Shown: positions 40,243-50,842, counted from the first letter of the stretch. The stretch: 64,000 bases of DNA from an uncultured Candidatus Saccharibacteria bacterium (GCA_964617735.1 CAZTXT010000002.1:12536-76535), one strand, 5' to 3'. Translations and numbers: made by a program. Notes: a model not told the origin generated them from the sequence alone.

Positions 40243-40305
40243 CAAAAAACACTCTACCGTAAAACACGACCTTTTTCCATGTCGCCTGCGAGATGAATGA
40301 AGAGC

Positions 40306-40395
40306 AAAAAAATCCCACCGCAAGGATACCGCGGTGGGACTCTCGGCCGTCAGTCAATCGACCAAGTCTGAATGTCGAGCATTGCACCCGACACA
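40306..40395 (-). ncRNA. candidate three-hairpin small RNA with own promoter and terminator
   Basis: TTGACA(40422-40427)-16-TACACT(40400-40405); hairpins TGTCGGGTG/TGCTCGACA, CTTGGTCG/CGGCCGAG and TCCCACCGC/GCGGTGGGA + T-run. Confidence 0.5.
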
Positions 40396-40438
40396 TCGCA
40401 GTGTATCGCTCGGTAAAGAATTGTCAATTGCACGAATT

Positions 40439-41245
40439 TTACCGGTGCCGCTTAGCCAGCAAAGCATGCACGAGCAGATTTCGGCACAGATCCCAGTGAT
40501 ACACGTGCCGCTCCCACTCAAGCGCCCACGGCATGCGCGTACCAGAACAGAAAATGCTATTGCGGACATAACGGAAGATGTAGAGCGCGGAGATCTTAGC
40601 GTTCTCGGCACATACGCCGATCCATTCGATAAACGAGATCGTGGTGCGGCGCGTGATCTCAAGATCAATATAATGTTTCCACTTCTCCCGCCAGATCATA
40701 GGGTCTGAACTGACGGGGACCAACATGAATTGCTTGGTTTTTTGCACAAGTGCATGAGGCTTGATCTGTATACGCTCATGTATCGGCTTTATAAAAGCCA
40801 CGACCGTACTTTTATGGAAGAAACGCATCTGCCATGTCGGATAGGTAGCCGCACAGGAGATCACTTTCCCTTTTATGGTGTAGAGGCGGTTCACCCAATA
40901 CGCCGCAGGTTTATTCAGAGAAACGATAGAGCGGATCTCGGAGATAAGCTGTGGCGTCATCAACTCATCCGAATCAAGAAAGAAAAACCAATCCTGTGTC
41001 GAGGCCGCAAGCGTCTGGTTGCGCACTCCCGCAAAATCGCTGATGCGGCCGGAGGAATCCTGAAAACGCCTCTCTTGCGCGAGAACCCGTGCGCCAGCCT
41101 TCCTCGCGATCTCGACCGTATCATCGGTACTCCCGCCATCGGCAATGATGATCTCTGCAAAGTCCTGCGCCGACGCAAGCGCCGCCGGCAACACTTCAGC
41201 CGAATTGCGCGTCAGTATGGAGAGTGTGCAGGGGATCTTAGGCAT
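40439..41245 (-). CDS. GT2 glycosyltransferase (LgtF/WaaE-like)
   Basis: DGGSTD, DFA..RN, LDSDE, IHE. Confidence 0.85.
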   Translation of the reverse strand: MPKIPCTLSILTRNSAEVLPAALASAQDFAEIIIADGGSTDDTVEIARKAGARVLAQERRFQDSSGRISDFAGVRNQTLAASTQDWFFFLDSDELMTPQLISEIRSIVSLNKPAAYWVNRLYTIKGKVISCAATYPTWQMRFFHKSTVVAFIKPIHERIQIKPHALVQKTKQFMLVPVSSDPMIWREKWKHYIDLEITRRTTISFIEWIGVCAENAKISALYIFRYVRNSIFCSGTRMPWALEWERHVYHWDLCRNLLVHALLAKRHR

Positions 41246-42302
41246 GAGCGTGGCGACTATCGTGGCTTTCGGTGAGCACCTTGTACAATTTATCAGAGAG
41301 CTCGGCGAGACTATGGTGCGATACAGAGAGCGTACGCATGTCGCTCCGCGCCTGCTGTTTCTCTTCGCTCGAAAGCGCAAGGAGGGACTCTAGTTTCTGG
41401 GAAAGTGCCTGTATATCATTTTCGGGGAACACGAATCGCTCATCCACAAGTTCACTGAAATCCTTGCTCGATGCAAGCACCATGCACTCGCATGCGGCGG
41501 CCTCGAAGAGCGTTTTGTCGTACATGCCGGAAGGAGAGAGATTCACGAATACTTCGTGTGCGCTGTAGACCCGCGGACCTTCCGTATAGGGTAATCCGGC
41601 AGGAAATTGGACCCTATCGCGCAGGCGAAGCTCATCAGCGCGGCGCTTGAGCATCTCGAAATAATCGGCATCGCGCTCATGGGGAGCGCCATAGAAATCG
41701 GCGGAGAACGCGACGTTGCGTGCATGCAATCGTCCGAGTGCTTCGATCAGAAGCTCCGGACGCTTCGACGGAGCGATACGCGCATAGAATAACACCGAGC
41801 GCGCAACGCGCGCGACCGTGGGGAGGGGTTTGTAAAATTCTACATCGATGCCGACCGGCATGAGTATCGTCTTACGATACCGTGCAGTGTATGAGAATTT
41901 CGAGGTGCAGAAGACATTCGTGCAAAAAAGTGCGGCGATTTTGGTCAGCACCGAACCCGCGTAATGATTGCGCCAGAGGTAAATTTTCTTACGGATGAGC
42001 TTCCAGAAAAGTCCTCCCAGAAGGACGTACTCTTGATTCATGTGCACGAGAACCGCGTCGTAGAGATGTTGTTTCGAAAAGACGGCGCGGTAGAAATTCC
42101 AAAGGTATTTGAGCCTCGATTTTCCTTCTTCTTTGCCTAGCGATACCACCGAGACATTGGCGGGCACTCGCACCTCTCCGCGTTCAAGGCAGATCACCAC
42201 TATCGATTCGAAATTCTGTGCGAATTCCGATACCCAGCGGTTCATGAACCCAAGTACGCTGTCACGAGCGTCCATTTTCTGCGTGATGATCAGAAGCCGC
42301 AT
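41238..42302 (-). CDS. GT4 glycosyltransferase
   Basis: PVGID, RI...K, DKTLFEAAA. Confidence 0.85.
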   Translation of the reverse strand: MRLLIITQKMDARDSVLGFMNRWVSEFAQNFESIVVICLERGEVRVPANVSVVSLGKEEGKSRLKYLWNFYRAVFSKQHLYDAVLVHMNQEYVLLGGLFWKLIRKKIYLWRNHYAGSVLTKIAALFCTNVFCTSKFSYTARYRKTILMPVGIDVEFYKPLPTVARVARSVLFYARIAPSKRPELLIEALGRLHARNVAFSADFYGAPHERDADYFEMLKRRADELRLRDRVQFPAGLPYTEGPRVYSAHEVFVNLSPSGMYDKTLFEAAACECMVLASSKDFSELVDERFVFPENDIQALSQKLESLLALSSEEKQQARSDMRTLSVSHHSLAELSDKLYKVLTESHDSRHAHA

Positions 42303-42305
42303 GAA

Positions 42306-43025
42306 TTATGAGAAGATATTAAAACGAACGATATGCCAGAATGCCGCGATGCCATCCCTCCAGCCGATCTTTTTCCCTTGTTTGTAAGTGCGGCCATGAT
42401 AGGAGATCCCGACTTCATACACGCGATAGGATTTGATCCGCGCGGTGATCTCGGGTTCAATGCCGAACCGGGTCGAGACGAGCTTTTCCTTGATGGCATC
42501 GACCACCATCCGACTGAACATCTTATAGCCCGTCTCCATATCGGTGAGATTGAGGTTCGTGAACATATTTGAAACCGTCGTCAATAGACGATTGCCGAAA
42601 TAATGCCAGAAATAAAGGACTCGATGCGGCGCGGCGCTGATGAATCGGGATCCGAAAACCACATCTGCAGTTCCCTCAAGGATCGGTGAGAGCATAGCGG
42701 ACCAGTCCCGAGGGTCGTATTCCAGATCGGCATCTTGGATCACTACGACATCACCCGTGGCGAGCTTGAGACCGTCCCTCACTGAAGTACCCTTCCCTTG
42801 ATTCTCCACGTGTCGCATGCCGACGACACGCTGCATCCACCCCGAGATGATCGCGGGAGTCGCATCGTTCGATGCGTCGTCGACGACAATGACCTCCCGA
42901 CCGAAACCGTCCGGTAGCGGTGTGGAAAAGACCCGCTGCAAGAGCCGATCTAAGGTCTCGGCTTCGTTGTAAACGGGGATAACGACGGAGAGAGTGCGGC
43001 TCCGACTGCGCGTGGTTTTCTCCAT
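42306..43025 (-). CDS. GT2 polyprenol-phosphate glycosyltransferase (DPM1-like)
   Basis: IPVYNE, NQGKG, QDADLEYDP, DMETGYK. Confidence 0.9.
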   Translation of the reverse strand: MEKTTRSRSRTLSVVIPVYNEAETLDRLLQRVFSTPLPDGFGREVIVVDDASNDATPAIISGWMQRVVGMRHVENQGKGTSVRDGLKLATGDVVVIQDADLEYDPRDWSAMLSPILEGTADVVFGSRFISAAPHRVLYFWHYFGNRLLTTVSNMFTNLNLTDMETGYKMFSRMVVDAIKEKLVSTRFGIEPEITARIKSYRVYEVGISYHGRTYKQGKKIGWRDGIAAFWHIVRFNIFS

Positions 43026-44371
43026 AGCAGCCTCATACTAGCGAAAAAGCCAGCCGATGCCAAGATAAACAAAAAAGGAGACGCCGGAATGCGAAAGCGC
43101 GCATAGGCGACCGGACCGGTGACCGCCGCGAAATAGAGAACGATCAGGAACAGAAAAGTGATCTCCCGAAACCTAACGCGCCCCAGTAGAGCGATGAACG
43201 CGAGGAGCAGTAGAGCGCACAGAATGATCTGCTCCGTTGTGCTGACGGGATTGGCGCGTAAATAGTGCACGACGCCGGCGACATCACCGCGCAGAAGCAA
43301 ATTGGTGAGATTGACCGATTTCTGCGGAAAAACCGCCGCGCCCGCTATGTCATTGTATGTCGCAAAGAAGTTATCCAAACTGCTCGAGAAAAAGAACGGC
43401 AGAGTCTTGACGGCATAAAACTCCGCGAAATGGAGCGGATCGCGGACGATATAGCCGAGAGCGACGTGCGTCAGTTGAGCGCTGTACGCAAGATCGGCGT
43501 AACCGCTTAAGGGAACCGGTGCCTCATTCTGCAAACGCAGACGCCCTTGATCCGGCGTGATATGGTCGCGATAAGAAAGGAATTCCGGCACGGTGTAGTG
43601 AAAAAGATTGAATGCAGAGACAGAGGAAACGCCCCAGACGCCGCTTACCACGCGGTTGCGGGCAATCCACGGCATCAGCACAGCTGAGAATGATAAGAGG
43701 AGCAATAAGACCGAGAGAGCGGCGCGGCGAACGAATTCCGCGCCGCTCATCGCCTCTCGCACGACAATATAGAGCGCGAAGATCAAGGGCAAATACAAAG
43801 ATACGGGTTTAATGAGCACTGAGAGCGCGAGCAAAACTCCTGACACGAACTCGGGAGAGAAGACCCGGGGGCGGACGATGATCACGTAGGTCGCCAGGGT
43901 CAAGAAGAATACGTGCGGGATTTCAGAGAGGATCACGAGCGCATGATAGATGGTATTGGGATCGATCAAAAAAAGTACGGATGCGACTGCGCCGACTGGA
44001 GATGAGAAAAGAAATCGTCCGAGGGAAAATAAGAGCACAGCGGTCAGATACACCAACAGTATCTGCAGAAGCGGGAAATAGGTGTACGAACCAAACACAC
44101 TCTTCCAGAGAGCGAGCATAAAAGGATAGCCCGGGGTGCGAAATGTTTCGTGTTCGCCTCGCTCGTGCCCGAAATTGCCATGGGTAAGCCAATTATCGGC
44201 AAGCGAGACGAATCCAGAAGAATCAGAGCCGTAAACGGGTAGCGTCTCAACAACTCCCCGATCCGCTTCTACGCCCGATAGACTACGAGTATATAAAAAT
44301 GCCGGCGTATAGACGAGGGCGCTTAGCAGAGCAAGCGCAAGCGCGGCTTTAACGGTGGGATTGAATGTCAC
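42950..44371 (-). CDS. GT-C (ArnT/PMT family) membrane glycosyltransferase
   Basis: DS..., RTPGYP, LSE, multiple TMs, RFR.P. Confidence 0.75.
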   Translation of the reverse strand: MTFNPTVKAALALALLSALVYTPAFLYTRSLSGVEADRGVVETLPVYGSDSSGFVSLADNWLTHGNFGHERGEHETFRTPGYPFMLALWKSVFGSYTYFPLLQILLVYLTAVLLFSLGRFLFSSPVGAVASVLFLIDPNTIYHALVILSEIPHVFFLTLATYVIIVRPRVFSPEFVSGVLLALSVLIKPVSLYLPLIFALYIVVREAMSGAEFVRRAALSVLLLLLSFSAVLMPWIARNRVVSGVWGVSSVSAFNLFHYTVPEFLSYRDHITPDQGRLRLQNEAPVPLSGYADLAYSAQLTHVALGYIVRDPLHFAEFYAVKTLPFFFSSSLDNFFATYNDIAGAAVFPQKSVNLTNLLLRGDVAGVVHYLRANPVSTTEQIILCALLLLAFIALLGRVRFREITFLFLIVLYFAAVTGPVAYARFRIPASPFLFILASAGFFASMRLLWRKPRAVGAALSPSLSPFTTKPRP

Positions 44372-44850
44372 GATATCGGCGGTTGATTTTGTCGGATAAA
44401 AACGTAGCGACGATAGAGTATGAAACTCTCAATCGCGATCAAAATGCTCGCGATCAACTGCGAAAGCAGGTACCAGAGCCCCAAAATATCGACGCAGACA
44501 TACACAAGCGCGGTATTGATGCCAATATTCATTATGGATATGGCGAAATAAACGATCATCTGCCGATGCACCATCGTCAGGCTCGTATAACCGAACGTAA
44601 AGAATTTCTGCAGGAAAAAACTCGTCACGTATCCGATAAGAACCGCGAGCACCGACGCGACGAGATAATAAAGATGGGCTATTTCGACTAAAAAAGCGAG
44701 AGAGAACAGATTCGCCGCCGCACCCATGCTTCCGGAAAAGACATATTTGATATAGATGCGATAGCGATAGGTCAGATCATGCAGATCGGGGTGGAACCAT
44801 TTGAAACCACTCCACCAGAAGCGTTTTAATTTTTCGTATACGGACATCAT
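44368..44850 (-). CDS. GtrA-family lipid-linked sugar flippase
   Basis: Four TMs, KY...G and F..F patterns. Confidence 0.85.
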   Translation of the reverse strand: MMSVYEKLKRFWWSGFKWFHPDLHDLTYRYRIYIKYVFSGSMGAAANLFSLAFLVEIAHLYYLVASVLAVLIGYVTSFFLQKFFTFGYTSLTMVHRQMIVYFAISIMNIGINTALVYVCVDILGLWYLLSQLIASILIAIESFILYRRYVFIRQNQPPIS

Positions 44851-45986
44851 CGACGCAACAATCCTGCAATGCTCTGATAATAGAGCTTCCCATACGCATC
44901 CTCTGGAATGAGTAACTGTTGAGCCTGCGATCGAAGCGCGGCTCCGTAAGAGAGCCGGAGATCTTCGTCATCGATGAGCTCCGCAAGAGCGCGCGCAAGG
45001 CATTCAACATCTCCGACCGGACAAATGAATCGCTCATAGGAAGCAGGAATTAGTTCGCGGATGATGCCCACGTCCGTGCTGACAATCGGCTTCGCATGAG
45101 CCGCCGCTTCGAGGAGGACTAGGCCATAGCCTTCGAAACGCGAGGTGGCGAGCACGATATCGGCTTCGCGGTAGAGCGATGAAAGCTTGGTTTGCCAGGG
45201 TTTATATTGAACATCCTTCTCTAATCTTAATGCTTTAACCTCCCGCATGATCAGCCCCTCTTCCGGGCCTTCTCCGACAATAAGAAGTTCTGCATGCCCT
45301 GTGCGCTCCCGCGCCTTCGCAAAAGTCCGAAGCAAAACCGGAAAATCTTTTTCTCGGGCAAAACGTCCTAGGGAAAGCACTCGAGGCGAGCGGCGCGAGT
45401 TTAGTTTGGCGGAAGGCGGCTCGGAGAGGCTCTCGAGAGCCTGACGAGCAAAGACCGGCAATACAACGATGGGGGTGCTCGCGGCGGGCACGATCGTGCG
45501 CACTGCTTCAGCAACCCGGCGACTCACTGCCCTGATGCCCGAGGCTTTACGTAAGACATGCCGAGCAATACGAACCCGCATTCGATTAAGCCAGAAAACG
45601 CGGAGAAACTCGGGGTTCAAAAGATCAGTGTGCACCTGAACCTGCAGTGGTATATTGCTTTTGCGGCAAACGAGCAATCCGGCCAAACCGCACTCGAACG
45701 GATCTTGGACGGTAACGACCGAGTTCTCTCCGTTCATCCCGCGCTGCGCGATGAGCGCGCGAGCGAGCGACACGCTGTCCTTGATGTAGAGCGCACGCGA
45801 AAACGAATTGGTCGGATAGAGCCAGAGATTCCCTAACTGCTGCGCTTTAAAGCCTTCTTCCATGCGGCAGAAGACGATCACGTGCAGTTCGTCGAAGAGA
45901 GCGCTTTGTTTGAGCAGCCGCTCGCGCACCGCGCTTCCCTCTTCGAACACTTTTCGGTCAGTACCAATAGAGATCACATGTATCAT
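44847..45986 (-). CDS. GT4 glycosyltransferase
   Basis: GR...EK, EGYGLVLLEA, TDVG. Confidence 0.88.
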   Translation of the reverse strand: MIHVISIGTDRKVFEEGSAVRERLLKQSALFDELHVIVFCRMEEGFKAQQLGNLWLYPTNSFSRALYIKDSVSLARALIAQRGMNGENSVVTVQDPFECGLAGLLVCRKSNIPLQVQVHTDLLNPEFLRVFWLNRMRVRIARHVLRKASGIRAVSRRVAEAVRTIVPAASTPIVVLPVFARQALESLSEPPSAKLNSRRSPRVLSLGRFAREKDFPVLLRTFAKARERTGHAELLIVGEGPEEGLIMREVKALRLEKDVQYKPWQTKLSSLYREADIVLATSRFEGYGLVLLEAAAHAKPIVSTDVGIIRELIPASYERFICPVGDVECLARALAELIDDEDLRLSYGAALRSQAQQLLIPEDAYGKLYYQSIAGLLRR

Positions 45987-48151
45987 GATTGCTTGAACTG
46001 TTCGATAAACTCTCCGGCGATCTGCTTCCAGGTGTGGGTAAAATCGAATTCCCTGAGTTTTTTAAGATACCCTTCGTATTGCCTATCATCCGCAAGGGCT
46101 AAGAATGCGGCAGTGATCTCATCCTCCTGTAGAGGGTCTACCACGATCCCCAATCCGCCGACACGGTTGAGGATCCCACAGTATTTAGTAAGAATAAAGG
46201 GCTTCTCATATTGTATGGCCTCCGCAATAAAATTCGGCGAAACGTCTGAAAGCGACGGCAGCACCGCTGCATAACAATGCGCTATCCGATGCATCAGTTC
46301 CTCATGGGGCACAGACAGAAACTCAAGCGCGATCGAGGGATTCTTCACCCGCGCCCTCTCAAACGCTGCCTTTAGATGATCGAGATTCTTGATTTTTATC
46401 GGACGCCCGACCCATATAAAATTCTTCGCCTGCTGCTTTTGAGTGGAAGATTTGCTGCCGTAAAAATTCTCGATGACGGCAGTCTTTCTAACATCAAGAC
46501 GATAGGGCTCTTTCCATAGTTCACGCTGCCATGCAGTGTTGAATGCAAGCCGATGATAGTGAGGAAAAGAAGATCGAATCAACCAAAACACGAGCCTTTC
46601 TTTAAGTGTCATGCTCCGTCGCATCGAATAAAATTCCGGGAGTGGGATTTCTGCTCCGGTTCTCTGTACGTACTGTTCCCACAAGAAATCCCCGCCGATA
46701 CGAGCGATCACTTTTCTGCGCATGAGACGGGCGGCGAATACCGTCGGAAGTCCAACCGAGAGAGTGTCGAGCGAGAGCGCATAATCGCAAAGATACAAGG
46801 GGAACAACAAACGCAGAACGTATATGAGATGCTTTATCCCCGAAGGAAGACGCGAGTTTAGGTACACAACGACACTCACTGAATAGCCTTTGTCGATAAA
46901 GCTATCACGCAAGTTTTTTGCGTATTTCGCTTGACTACCGACACCGGGAGGATAGAAACCGGTTGCTATGAGCACGCGCCGGTATTCTCCATTCCATAAT
47001 GGCTCGAATGCTTCCCGATGCATCCGATCGGCGATTGCATCCCAATCGTAGCGCTCCTTCACCCTCTGTCGCGCCTCGTCGATGATACCCCGCCGCAATT
47101 CGCTGTCGCGCATTAGGGTCTGGATCTTGAGCGCCAAGTCGCGCGGGTCATTCACTCCACAGAAAAGCCCTGTTTTCTTGTCTTCGAGAAAATCGGTGAT
47201 GCCACCGACCGGAGTCGCGATGACGGGCACCCCCGCCGCCATGGCTTCTATAAAAGAGATACCGAAACCTTCCGACGAGGAAGGTCGAGCGAAAACATCC
47301 GCGGCCGCGAGATATTCGGGAATCCATTCATTCTCGACATTCCCCGCGAACACCACTCGGTCAGAGACCCCGAGCTTTGCGGTAAGGCGTTTAAGTTCCT
47401 GTTCGAGTTCTCCCGATCCTGCGATGAGAAGCTTGAATTCCTTCGGTAAAGCAGCCACGGCACGGATGCAGTCATCAACGCGGTTCTTCGCGACGAGGCG
47501 CGAAACCGTGATCACTACCCAATCATGCGCGGAAAATCCGAATTCTTTGCGCCGGCGCGCGCGGGCACCAGGACCACTGTGTTCCGAGAAGAACCTCACG
47601 TCCACACCGTTAGGGATCAGCACGATCGGAGTAGCAGAACTAGTGCGCCGCGCGCGCGCTTCTAAATATCTGCTAATGACCGTAATGCGATCAGAGACTT
47701 TGAAAACGAGGACATGCCATGGCCTTATGAAAAGAGAGTACAAAAATTCATTGCCGAAGGCATAGCGGGCCAGATGTGCCTCTTCATCACCTTCTTGGAG
47801 CGTGAGCAGAAGCGGGAGATGTCGGTAAAAAATCTTGAAGAACGCGGCGGCAACGGAAGCCTGACTTGCCATCATGGACCAGAGTAGATTGTACTTTCTT
47901 TGACGATGGAGCACGTATGCCTTAAGAAACCCGAATATCGGCAAAAGAAATTTATCGATTTTCGCACCTACTCCTACCCGATGCACCAAAATCCGTCCGA
48001 TTCTCTCGGACGGCGGCAACTGCACGCTCAAACGCGCCGTGAGCACCTCAAATTCGATCTCCGGCAGACGTTCCGCAATCTCCTTTATGGCAAGCTCCGC
48101 CCCGCCTATGTTCGGCAGGAAATTCGTTGAAAATACAAGGATTTTCTTCAC
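45983..48151 (-). CDS. tandem GT4-GT4 glycosyltransferase
   Basis: First GT-B module (GGAE, PNGVD, EGFGISFIEA), second module starting at RRVLIATGFYPP; GTG start. Confidence 0.85.
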   Translation of the reverse strand: MKKILVFSTNFLPNIGGAELAIKEIAERLPEIEFEVLTARLSVQLPPSERIGRILVHRVGVGAKIDKFLLPIFGFLKAYVLHRQRKYNLLWSMMASQASVAAAFFKIFYRHLPLLLTLQEGDEEAHLARYAFGNEFLYSLFIRPWHVLVFKVSDRITVISRYLEARARRTSSATPIVLIPNGVDVRFFSEHSGPGARARRRKEFGFSAHDWVVITVSRLVAKNRVDDCIRAVAALPKEFKLLIAGSGELEQELKRLTAKLGVSDRVVFAGNVENEWIPEYLAAADVFARPSSSEGFGISFIEAMAAGVPVIATPVGGITDFLEDKKTGLFCGVNDPRDLALKIQTLMRDSELRRGIIDEARQRVKERYDWDAIADRMHREAFEPLWNGEYRRVLIATGFYPPGVGSQAKYAKNLRDSFIDKGYSVSVVVYLNSRLPSGIKHLIYVLRLLFPLYLCDYALSLDTLSVGLPTVFAARLMRRKVIARIGGDFLWEQYVQRTGAEIPLPEFYSMRRSMTLKERLVFWLIRSSFPHYHRLAFNTAWQRELWKEPYRLDVRKTAVIENFYGSKSSTQKQQAKNFIWVGRPIKIKNLDHLKAAFERARVKNPSIALEFLSVPHEELMHRIAHCYAAVLPSLSDVSPNFIAEAIQYEKPFILTKYCGILNRVGGLGIVVDPLQEDEITAAFLALADDRQYEGYLKKLREFDFTHTWKQIAGEFIEQFKQS

Positions 48152-48188
48152 CCGTCTATATTAGGCCAAAAATGGCTTAGATTCAACA

Positions 48189-49016
48189 TCATTCGGTCTC
48201 ATCGACGATCTTGAAATCATCGATATCGTCAGTTTCTTTTTTCCTGTTGCTCAACCAGAAAGCGGCGAGTGCGAGGGCAATAAGGATAGCGAGAAGCACA
48301 TACCACCGAAGCGGCGAATCTCCTTCGCGAGAAACGGGGACCGGAGATGTGTCGGTCGCACCAGCAAAAGCAACCGCCGTCGGTCCGTCCGGTTTCTGAT
48401 CAATAGAAGATATAGGAGACTTGGCGGATCGTGCGGTCTGAGTGGTCGCGGCTGATTTTGGGGATGATACGACCGCATGAGACGGCGCCGTCTCGACTTT
48501 CACCGGCGGCGGTAGATAAACGTTCGCTTTCCCCGGGGTCGGAGCGCTCGCTATCCATGATCCAGAAATCAATTGAAGAGAATTCCCATCGCCGCCGGCG
48601 CCCCAGACCGGTTTATAATTCACTTCACTCACCACCACCCCCTTCCCGTCTTTTAATGCCAACGTCTCACCGGAAGTATTATTGAGGGAAAAAGAACTAT
48701 CGAAGAGAGTGCCTGCAAAACCAGGGAAATCCAAGAGAAACGCGCTCGGATTGCTCGCAAGCACTGCGAACCCTCCGGGCTGCAGGTATGTATTGCCTTG
48801 CACGATCAGAAGCTTATGATTCGCATTCCCCTCAAAGAATCTCCAACCCGAAATATCGATGCTTGCCTCACCGATGTTTTGCGCTTCTACCCACTCGCGG
48901 CCGTCATCACTGCCAGCGGGATTGTACATGATCTCGCTGACGATCACCTGGCCGAACGCCATTAAAGGCACGAGGGCAAGAGGAGCAACGAGGGCAAGGC
49001 TAGTTTTTCTCCCCAT
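48189..49016 (-). CDS. lamin-tail-domain (LTD) surface protein with S/T/P-rich linker and C-terminal TM anchor
   Basis: Signal peptide, SEIMYNP...EWVE, DISGW, LNN..E.L.L, TPG..N. Confidence 0.8.
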   Translation of the reverse strand: MGRKTSLALVAPLALVPLMAFGQVIVSEIMYNPAGSDDGREWVEAQNIGEASIDISGWRFFEGNANHKLLIVQGNTYLQPGGFAVLASNPSAFLLDFPGFAGTLFDSSFSLNNTSGETLALKDGKGVVVSEVNYKPVWGAGGDGNSLQLISGSWIASAPTPGKANVYLPPPVKVETAPSHAVVSSPKSAATTQTARSAKSPISSIDQKPDGPTAVAFAGATDTSPVPVSREGDSPLRWYVLLAILIALALAAFWLSNRKKETDDIDDFKIVDETE

Positions 49017-50757
49017 GTAATATCTTCTTCAAGACTTCCTCGGGAACTTCTTTCTTAGCCGACAGGTGTTTGTCTTGATTATCGGTGGTTACTTCCTTTT
49101 TCGGCTCTTGCACTTTTGGCGTTTCAGGAACCTTCGGTTTCTCTTCTGAAGACTTGGCATGTTCCTTAAGCGCTTCCTCAAGGGCCTTGCGGAGTGCACC
49201 TCCTCCCCCAGCCGATTGCTTATTTTCCGAAGGTTTATTATCTCTCCTACGGTCTTGCTTTAAATAGTTGAGTGAGATCGCGCGCTGGAGATCAGCTTCC
49301 TTCTCTCGACGGTCCGAACCGCTGGATTGCGATGTCGGGGCAGTCCGCCGTTCGCCTGCCCCCTGGCGTACTACAGGGGGGCGGCTCGGTCGCTCCTGGG
49401 GACGTGATGTACGTATCGGCGCCTGCTGATCCATGGAGGGAATAGTACGCTCAGCATGCCATTCCCGAATGCCGCCCTCAACGATGTCGCGCGGACGCGC
49501 GAACGCGGAGCGCGAGAGCGAGAGGATCGCCTCGCGGTACGAGACGGAGCTGGCAGCGATCGGCGGCAGGGTCGTCGCCGAAAACGGCGGCGAGGTGACC
49601 CCGTCGATCATGAGCTTCAGATAGATCTGCGCGAAACCGAGATTGACCATATCTTGCGCGGAGAACTGAGGAGCGAATTCTTTCTCGAGGACTTCGGCAT
49701 CATAGGCGCCCACACGGAAACACACCATCGTGCCAACGTTGCCGAACACCGCGGCTCTGACTTCATCCGACATCTGCTCGATATATTGGTGCGCGACGGT
49801 GAGATTCAACTTATACTTGCGCGCTTCCGAGAGGATGTCAGCGAACGATTCGTTCGCAAATGATTGGAATTCATCGACATAGAGATAAAAATTCGGGAGA
49901 ACTCTCAGTTCCCGCTCCGACGTATCGGCGCGTGATATCGCGCCCAGATACACTTTGGTGATGAGCATGCTGCCCAAAAGATTCGCGTTAGCCTCGCCCA
50001 CTTTCCCTTTTGAAAGGTTGAGAATAAGCACCTTGCGCTCATCCATCATTTTGCGCAGATCGAATGTTGATTTCGGCTGACCGATGATATTGCGAATCAA
50101 CGGGTTGGAAATGAATTGCCCGATCTTGTTTTGTATAGCGGCACCGGCCTCTTGCATGTATCGATCGCCATAGCGGGCGAATTCGTCGGTCCAGAATGCT
50201 TTGACCGATACGTCGCTGATATTATCGACAACCCGCTTGCGAAACTCCTTGTCCGCAAGCATACGGTTAACACCCAGGAGCGTCGAGTCGGGATATTCAA
50301 GGAGCGCCAACAGGATATTGTTGAGGATATATTCCATGCGGGCCGACCATGCATCCACCCAGATCTTCTTGAATGCAGACATCAGTCCGTTCGAGACGAG
50401 GTGCCGTTTGTCGGGCCCAACATCCTCCATGACGTTGAATGAGACCGGATAATCAGTATCGAACGGCGCGAAATAAAGAACGTCGCGGACGCGATCGGCC
50501 GGCACATAGTCGAGGAGAAGTTCGGCGGTTTTCCCATGCGGGTCGATGAATGCCAAACCATTGCCATTGCGGATATCCTGAATGGCCATGTTTTCGAGCA
50601 TGGTCGACTTTCCCATGCCGGTCTTTCCGATAACATACACATGCCGCGACCGATCCTTCGTTTTTATCCCAAACGGGACTTTCTTGTTGCGCGAATCGGT
50701 TTGTGCAAAATACGTTATCTGATTCTCATTCTCAAGATTGATTTCCTTTTGCGGCAT
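49000..50757 (-). CDS. VirD4/TraD-like type IV coupling ATPase
   Basis: H.Y.IGKTGMGKST, IDPHG, LYVDEFQ, SEARKY, AHQY..Q, GN. Confidence 0.88.
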   Translation of the reverse strand: MPQKEINLENENQITYFAQTDSRNKKVPFGIKTKDRSRHVYVIGKTGMGKSTMLENMAIQDIRNGNGLAFIDPHGKTAELLLDYVPADRVRDVLYFAPFDTDYPVSFNVMEDVGPDKRHLVSNGLMSAFKKIWVDAWSARMEYILNNILLALLEYPDSTLLGVNRMLADKEFRKRVVDNISDVSVKAFWTDEFARYGDRYMQEAGAAIQNKIGQFISNPLIRNIIGQPKSTFDLRKMMDERKVLILNLSKGKVGEANANLLGSMLITKVYLGAISRADTSERELRVLPNFYLYVDEFQSFANESFADILSEARKYKLNLTVAHQYIEQMSDEVRAAVFGNVGTMVCFRVGAYDAEVLEKEFAPQFSAQDMVNLGFAQIYLKLMIDGVTSPPFSATTLPPIAASSVSYREAILSLSRSAFARPRDIVEGGIREWHAERTIPSMDQQAPIRTSRPQERPSRPPVVRQGAGERRTAPTSQSSGSDRREKEADLQRAISLNYLKQDRRRDNKPSENKQSAGGGGALRKALEEALKEHAKSSEEKPKVPETPKVQEPKKEVTTDNQDKHLSAKKEVPEEVLKKILHGEKN

Positions 50758-50791
50758 AAAGCTATCAAAGCACCGTACACCTAACTATAGC

Positions 50792-50829
50792 AAAAAAGCC
50801 CCCGGAGGACGAACATCCCTCCGAAGGCA
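50792..50829 (-). terminator. terminator of 50843..51124
   Basis: CGGAGG/CCTCCG stem with outer GCC/GGC and T-run. Confidence 0.55.
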
Positions 50830-50842
50830 TGAACCAACACGA

